Below are positions 58,385 through 64,000 of a stretch of DNA of 64,000 nucleotides, in pieces. The position numbers and the translations under genes are program-made. The notes beneath the pieces were generated by a model, which made no database searches, had not been told where the DNA came from, and saw only the letters and a list, made by a program, of their open reading frames with translations. Each line of letters begins with the position of its first letter. Position 1 is the first letter of the stretch. This DNA comes from Eledone cirrhosa. Lineage: Eukaryota. Where the stretch lies: contig OZ024744.1 in assembly GCA_964016885.1 (NCBI GenBank), positions 58,218,001 to 58,282,000 on the forward strand. Reading direction: 5' to 3'.

Positions 58385-59290
58385 TGTGATATTCTGCCTC
58401 TTGCCTTCCATGGTGAAAATGGCCCCAAGATACTTGAACTTCTCCACCTAATTCAGTAGAATGCATTGCACAGGCTTCCTTGAGAGGATGAGTGTCTGTC
58501 TTTAGCAGCACTGATTTTGATCCCTGCCATGCAGCATTCTGCATCAAACCTATAAGTGCAAGTCAGAGATTACCTTTCTGACAAGTTAAGTAGTACCATG
58601 CTGTCTGCAAATTCTAGCCGACTGATCCTGCACCAGCCAGTCTCAATATCATTTCCAACCTTGCTGCGCATGTCAATCCTGTCCATGTTATGAACAGGAG
58701 AGGTGATCGTATGTACCCTTGGCGGAGTCCGACATCCACATCAAATGGTTTGCACCATATATTCGAACACACATATGAGGGCATTCATATAGACATCAGG
58801 GCAACAAGAAGCTGTCCATCGATCCCAATCTTCTGCGGAACCTTCTACAACAGGTCTTGTGGAACATGGTTATATGCCGTTTCAAGGTCTACGAAACAAG
58901 AATATACCTCTTGGCAATATCCCCACGATTTCTCAGAATTGAAGGAGCTGATGCAATAATGCGCCAGCTTTAGCATTCGGCCATAAGTGGCATATGTGTA
59001 AAAGCCAAAATCGCTATCTTCAATTTGGTATTTGTGCCAACCTATATCTATGGTCATGAAACTTGGGTAATGACCAAAATGTTCCTTCGAAGGGCTGTTG
59101 GAGCAGCATTGCTTGATAGAGATCAGTCACTCCAGGTAGAGCTGCTACTTCTCGAAATTGAAAGATCACAAATTCTAATATTACGGATATATAGTTAGAA
59201 TATCTCGGGAAAGAATCACTGGACAGATTTCACAGGCAAAACCAACCAGCAGACTTAAAGCAAGATGGCTGGAAAACATCCATGAGCTCA
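58385..59290. mobile_element. Old RTE LINE remnant with inverted 5' segment
   Basis: Minus 58957-58385: CFVDLETAYNHVP...GLRQG...FADSMVLL...VEKFKYLG. Plus 58958-59290: AKIAIFNLVFVPTYIYGHETWVMT...FLRRAVG. Confidence 0.75.
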
Positions 59291-59575
59291 AGAATGTATA
59301 TGAAGTGTCTGAAACTAAGAATATAGATGAAGTTTCTAACAAAAGAAACTAAGAATGTTGATGTAGTTTCTAGAGAAAGAAACTAAAAATGGTCCAGCTG
59401 GATTAATTAGGCAGTTGCTTCTGTTAACCTACTGGAAGGGGTATTTGAGGACTCTACCTCTGTTATTCTGGCAGTAATAAATCTGAAGAATTTTAATTGG
59501 ATCTGTGAAGCTAGCATTGGTATAATTGATTGTAATTTCTTTATATTGGTGAAAGAGGAATGTCTGACTGATATA

Positions 59576-60419
59576 CAGGGTGTGGACGATATTTGTTTGC
59601 AAGATTACTGTCTAGGAAAAAATAACACAGTAGTTTTATTTTTTAAGATATATTTATCAAACTTGGGTCAGTTTGTCTTCATGACTTGTTCTTTCGATCT
59701 CACTCGATAAACCCGCCGTTGGTTTTGATAGCGGCCTCAGAACCGGCTACAGGCCTTCGTCACTGTCCCCCGGCTTAGGCCCCTAAAGTCACTTGTAAAG
59801 GCCTTCAGATCGTCTTTCGTATTGCAGCTAGATCTGTTGGTGTCTCGTTCCACTGCACCCCACACAAAGAAGTCGAGGGGGTTGCAGTCAGGCGATCTGG
59901 GAGGCCAGATGTCAGGTGAAGTGTGGTCGACGAAGTTCTGACAGCCAGGCTTGGGTCTTTCAGCTGGTATGGCAGGGCCTTGAGTCTTGCTGCCACGTAC
60001 GGCCTATTTGGTTGATCCAGGGCTTTACTACCTCTCTCAGAACGCGGATGTAGCCATCGGTGTTCAGCTTGTGGCCCTCAGGGAAAAAGTGAGGTGGCAT
60101 GACGACAACTAAGACCAATGTTGTCGCTGGAAACTTTGTCTGCATGACTCTGGGCACATCTTTGGATGAGACACCATTCTCCTGCTGACGCTGAGAAAGT
60201 CTGAAATTTCCTTATTTGTCCTCCCAGCGCAGATTCCAAGAAGAACTCTGTGTCTCTTCCACAAATTTGGAGGTTCAAAATTATTCATAATGAATTATTC
60301 TGAAAATAAATAATGGAAATATAGTCAGTTTTTATGAAGACAAGAGTGACAACGGAAGTTAAAAAAATTTGCATAAAATTAGCAGTTGAAAATTGCGAAC
60401 AAATATCGTCCTCACCCTG
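59576..60419 (-). mobile_element. Tc1/mariner DD37D (maT) transposon, internally deleted
   Basis: TA|CAGGGTG(T/A)GGACGATATTTGTT(T/C)GCAA TIRs with TA duplications; transposase remnant WQQDSRPCHTS*...WPPRSPDCNPLDF with 37 residues between the last two Asp. Confidence 0.88.
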
Positions 60420-61032
60420 TATTTTGGTTCATGTAAATTCATGTTAAACTTAATATTGTATGACGTAATGTTTAGGGTGTTGAAATCTTGATCATAAGAC
60501 CATAGGTTCAGTTTCTGAATTTGAAAGCATAATGTTTTTGAGCCAAGTGCTTCATTTTATGCAAGAAATTTGTGTTGCAACCTTGTAGAGGCCAGCTAAA
60601 CTCACTTACATGAGAGCTGTAAATTTCATTCATTTTTGCTGATGTCCAACAGAAAGCTACCTCAGTCTTATATTTATGATGAGAAATATCCTATTGAATG
60701 AAATGAGATTTTCAGTGTATTAGACATAAGTGTTATTCTTGTTACAAAAAAAAAAAAACATACAACCACCACCCTACAAATTTGTTGGGATTTTTCTCTT
60801 TTTTTCCTGAGATTTTTGAGCATTTATCTATCTTGAAGATCTTAGAATTTATAACGGAAACCCCAAATAATGCTCTTTGTGAACACATATGTGCAAAAGC
60901 ATTTACAAATTTAATATCGAGCAGTGTTGATTTTAAATTCTTTATTGGTTGTGACTTGCTCTGTGTGTATATATCCATTTTCTAATGGGTCATATTGAGT
61001 TTCAGTATGATTCTTATTACATATTTCAGATG

Positions 61033-61135
61033 CATGGTTTAGTGGTTAGGGTGTTGGATTCATGATCATAAGGTAGTGGGTTTGGTTCTTGGATTAAGTG
61101 GCACATTGTGTTTTTGAGTAACCCTCTTTATTTCA
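61033..61135 (+). mobile_element. Degenerate tRNA-derived SINE
   Basis: A-box-like TGGTTTAGTGG, decayed B box; similar to 53213-53320 and 60465-60560. Confidence 0.5.
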
Positions 61136-61619
61136 AATTGTTTTTCATGATAGTGGAGTGGAGCCCCATATTAAAAAAAAAACCTGTGTGGGATGCAACC
61201 TTGTAAGGGGGTTTGCTAAATCTACATAAGTGTGAACTGTAAAGTTAATTTAAAAAAAAACTATGTAGTTGACCTCTTTAATGCTGGTGAGATTAACTTA
61301 TCAGTGTTAAACTAAATTGGACAGTTTGGATGTTATAGTTCCAGACACTATTCAAAGGGCATTCAATATAAGCTGCTGATATTGACTAGTTATATTTAAT
61401 TTTATTCTGCATTTGACCTAGTTGCTAATGCCATTGGATTACTTGCTCTGCTTTAACACTACCCTATTGTTCTTGTATTGTGTGAACTGTCTTATTGAAC
61501 TGTCTGGTGCTAGTAAATAACTCTTGCTTTCAAGCTACCTACCTGGCAAGCAAACAAGAATCAATAACAGGTTGTTGTTATTTTTGTCTTCACACTCACA
61601 CATGCTGTATAGTCCTCCA

Positions 61620-62165
61620 GGTCATAACAGGGATTCAAGACTGGATGGCCTTGGAAATTCCTGTATGCTGAAGATCTAGCACTTGGTAGAAACTACAGAA
61701 GAATTAGAGAAGTTCCAGACATGGAAATAAAATCTGATGTCAAAGAGCTTTTAAATGAATGACAGAACACTAGTGGATTGAATAAAAAGCTGATTATAAA
61801 AGGAATCAAATGTAGTGTACAAGAAATAAATTGCACTAAAATGGAATGGAGAGAGCTCTTACCAAGACAATGTTGGTGCCATAATAGAATGTAGCCAGTA
61901 AACTAATGTGGTTGGTGATCAAATGGATATAATATAAGAAAGAGGACTCTTCAGCTTGGCTGCAACCTCACTAATGCTGGTACTACAATAAAATGCACCC
62001 TCTCTGGAAGGTTGTTGGTGTTAAGAAAAGCACCCATCGGTAGTAATCATGTCAAATATGGAATGTATGAACAAGATAAGGTCTTACTGATCTGTCTAGT
62101 CTAGGACTGTCACAAACACATCCAACTCATGCCATTGTGGAAGGTGCATGTAAAATGATTATGAT
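61620..62165 (+). mobile_element. Highly decayed RTE (family A/B-like) remnant
   Basis: FKTGWPWKFLYAEDLAL, GIKCSVQE, 3' UTR motif GTTGGTGTTAAGAAAAGCA and ATGAT tail. Confidence 0.65.
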
Positions 62166-62429
62166 AATTGAAGTAAATCTTAAAATATTTGAAAAATTGA
62201 GGCAAATTTTTGAAATTGTTTTTAAAAAGTTGAGAAATAGAATAAATTTAAATAAACCATTTTTTTTTAAATTTCTAATCAATGAACATTTAATATTCAT
62301 GTGTATACACTCATAAAAATAAGGGGATGTGTTTATTACCAAACCATTTTTCTTATACTTTTAATATAAGTGTTATATACTATGTTTAATGCTTGATTTA
62401 ATTCATTGATTATTAGTAATTGAGCATGT

Positions 62430-63250
62430 AATCTAGACACCATTTAATGGGTGTCATGCTGTTTCCTTCAACAGCACAAGGAGTTGATTGCTATACATTT
62501 CAAGAAAACATTATCACATACCTGACCCATTCCTCATGAACTAGAATCCTGAAGGTCACTACAAATACTAGGCCTCACCATCGATAATGATCTCTGCTAG
62601 CAAATGCACATAATCATCAATATTGCAAAAACTATCGCAAAGACTGGTTTCCTCTAACCAGAAAATATTTAGTTACCAACTACTACTGACTTGTTGCATA
62701 GTTAAGGTGAGACAGTGGAGTACAGTGTTGTTGCTACTTTACAGACACGTAGTGGATTACTGCTCCCACATCTGGGACATTATTACTGCTACTATACAGA
62801 TACAGTGGAATACTGCTCTAACATCTTGGACTGTTGTTACTATACATGCAGACATCCTTCACCCACAATGGAATACTGATCACACATAGAGTAATGTTCC
62901 TGCTGTTCATACACAATAGAATACTGCTCCCACATCTGGGATAGTGATGTTACAAAATATACAAAGAATGGAATACTATCAACCCACAGAAAGGCTATCT
63001 CCTCTCTACCATTTTTATTGTTACTATAGTGGCTTCTGTTCCATGGAGTTGGCTAGCCCTAACCCACCTCCTTCTTACCCACTTTCCTTTCTTATTTGTC
63101 TCTCCTCTTCCTCCTTGTCATCCACACTGCCCTCCAGACTGCACTATCAACTGAACCCAGTATTTCCCTGGAATTCCACCATTACTTAAGATTTTTTTTT
63201 TCCTTAACATCCATTGATTTGCTGGAAGAGAAGCATTAACTGTACTAATT
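62430..63250 (+). mobile_element. Decayed CR1/L2-type LINE 3' remnant with internal short repeats
   Basis: LQILGLTIDNDLC and DYCSHIWD motifs; GGAATACTGCTCCCACATCTGG-like unit repeated about 4 times at 62750-62945. Confidence 0.55.
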
Positions 63251-64000
63251 TCATTGGTTTAGGTGGTAGTGCATGATCATGTGCACAGCTCCCTCTCTTT
63301 CTTCCCAACCAAACCAATAAAAATGAATGCGCTCGATTCCAACCCAGTCAGTTCCTATTTAAATTAAAATCTTCCAATATAAATTTTATATAAGAACTAT
63401 ATTTTAAGTTACAATCTTAATGAAATAATTAAAACTTTAGTAATACTCCCAAAATTCTTCATTAATTAATTGAAATTGTGTATTTCATTAGACACAAAAG
63501 TGTTAAGAGAAGATATCTGGAAACTTAAGTTGAAACAATGTATTTAAAGTGACACTTGAATTTTATTTTAAAAATTTCACTATAATATAAATATTGCAGG
63601 TTAAATATATAAAATCAATTCTGAACTACTACACAGCTCAAGGTCATGCATTCTAATATTGATTACAGCAATATATAGGAAATATGAATATTGTTTCCTA
63701 AACCAAAACATGTGGCTTTCGAATTGGTTCTCCTAACTTCAGTAAGAAGCAGTACATCCACATATATAAGTTAATACTTCACAAAAGCCATTGTCATATC
63801 ATTAGATAAGGCTTTGAGCATCAGTTTAACTTTGTTATATTAAGTGATTAACAGTGTATAGAGTATTCAATAGAATAATTTAGAAAAATCATATTACAAA
63901 AAAAAAAAAATCTCAAACTAAAATTGATTCTTTAGAACAATAAATGAAATAAAATTACATGAATCTACATTTTCTTTAATATCATTTCATTCCATTTCAT

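Noticed and set aside
43902-64000. NOVA KH1 exon (IIGKGG motif)
   Set aside because: Not found by eye; it probably lies downstream of the window, so the gene call rests on the first exon.

Overview
Eukaryotic, very AT-rich animal DNA; the repeat content suggests a mollusc, probably an octopus (inference). The window has two zones. (1) 1-33.3 kb is a (TA)n-type microsatellite field packed with retroelement pieces: several RTE-clade LINE families, two Penelope-like elements (one Naiad-like, one internally deleted), a bipartite non-autonomous RTE and a 200-N gap. Its most notable content is a near-perfect tandem array of a highly structured 467-bp non-coding unit (6899-11016, about 8.8 copies). 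Each unit carries a minimal type I hammerhead ribozyme on the minus strand, making it a candidate metazoan retrozyme/circRNA locus. A second, unrelated hammerhead sits in a folded 290-nt element at 29161-29451. (2) 33.4-64 kb is the 5' part of a NOVA/pasilla-family RNA-binding protein gene on the + strand: an NLS-coding first exon (34500-34617), a probable alternative NLS-less first exon (38264-38315) and a probable 51-nt cassette exon (43851-43901) followed by a YCAY cluster. The KH-domain exons were not found and presumably lie beyond the window. The introns hold SINEs, piggyBac-type MITEs, a DD37D/maT remnant, a 5'-inverted RTE and a perfect 214-bp inverted duplication. The long Tyr/Ile ORFs in the track are microsatellite artefacts. 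All calls were made by eye; no database search or folding program was run.
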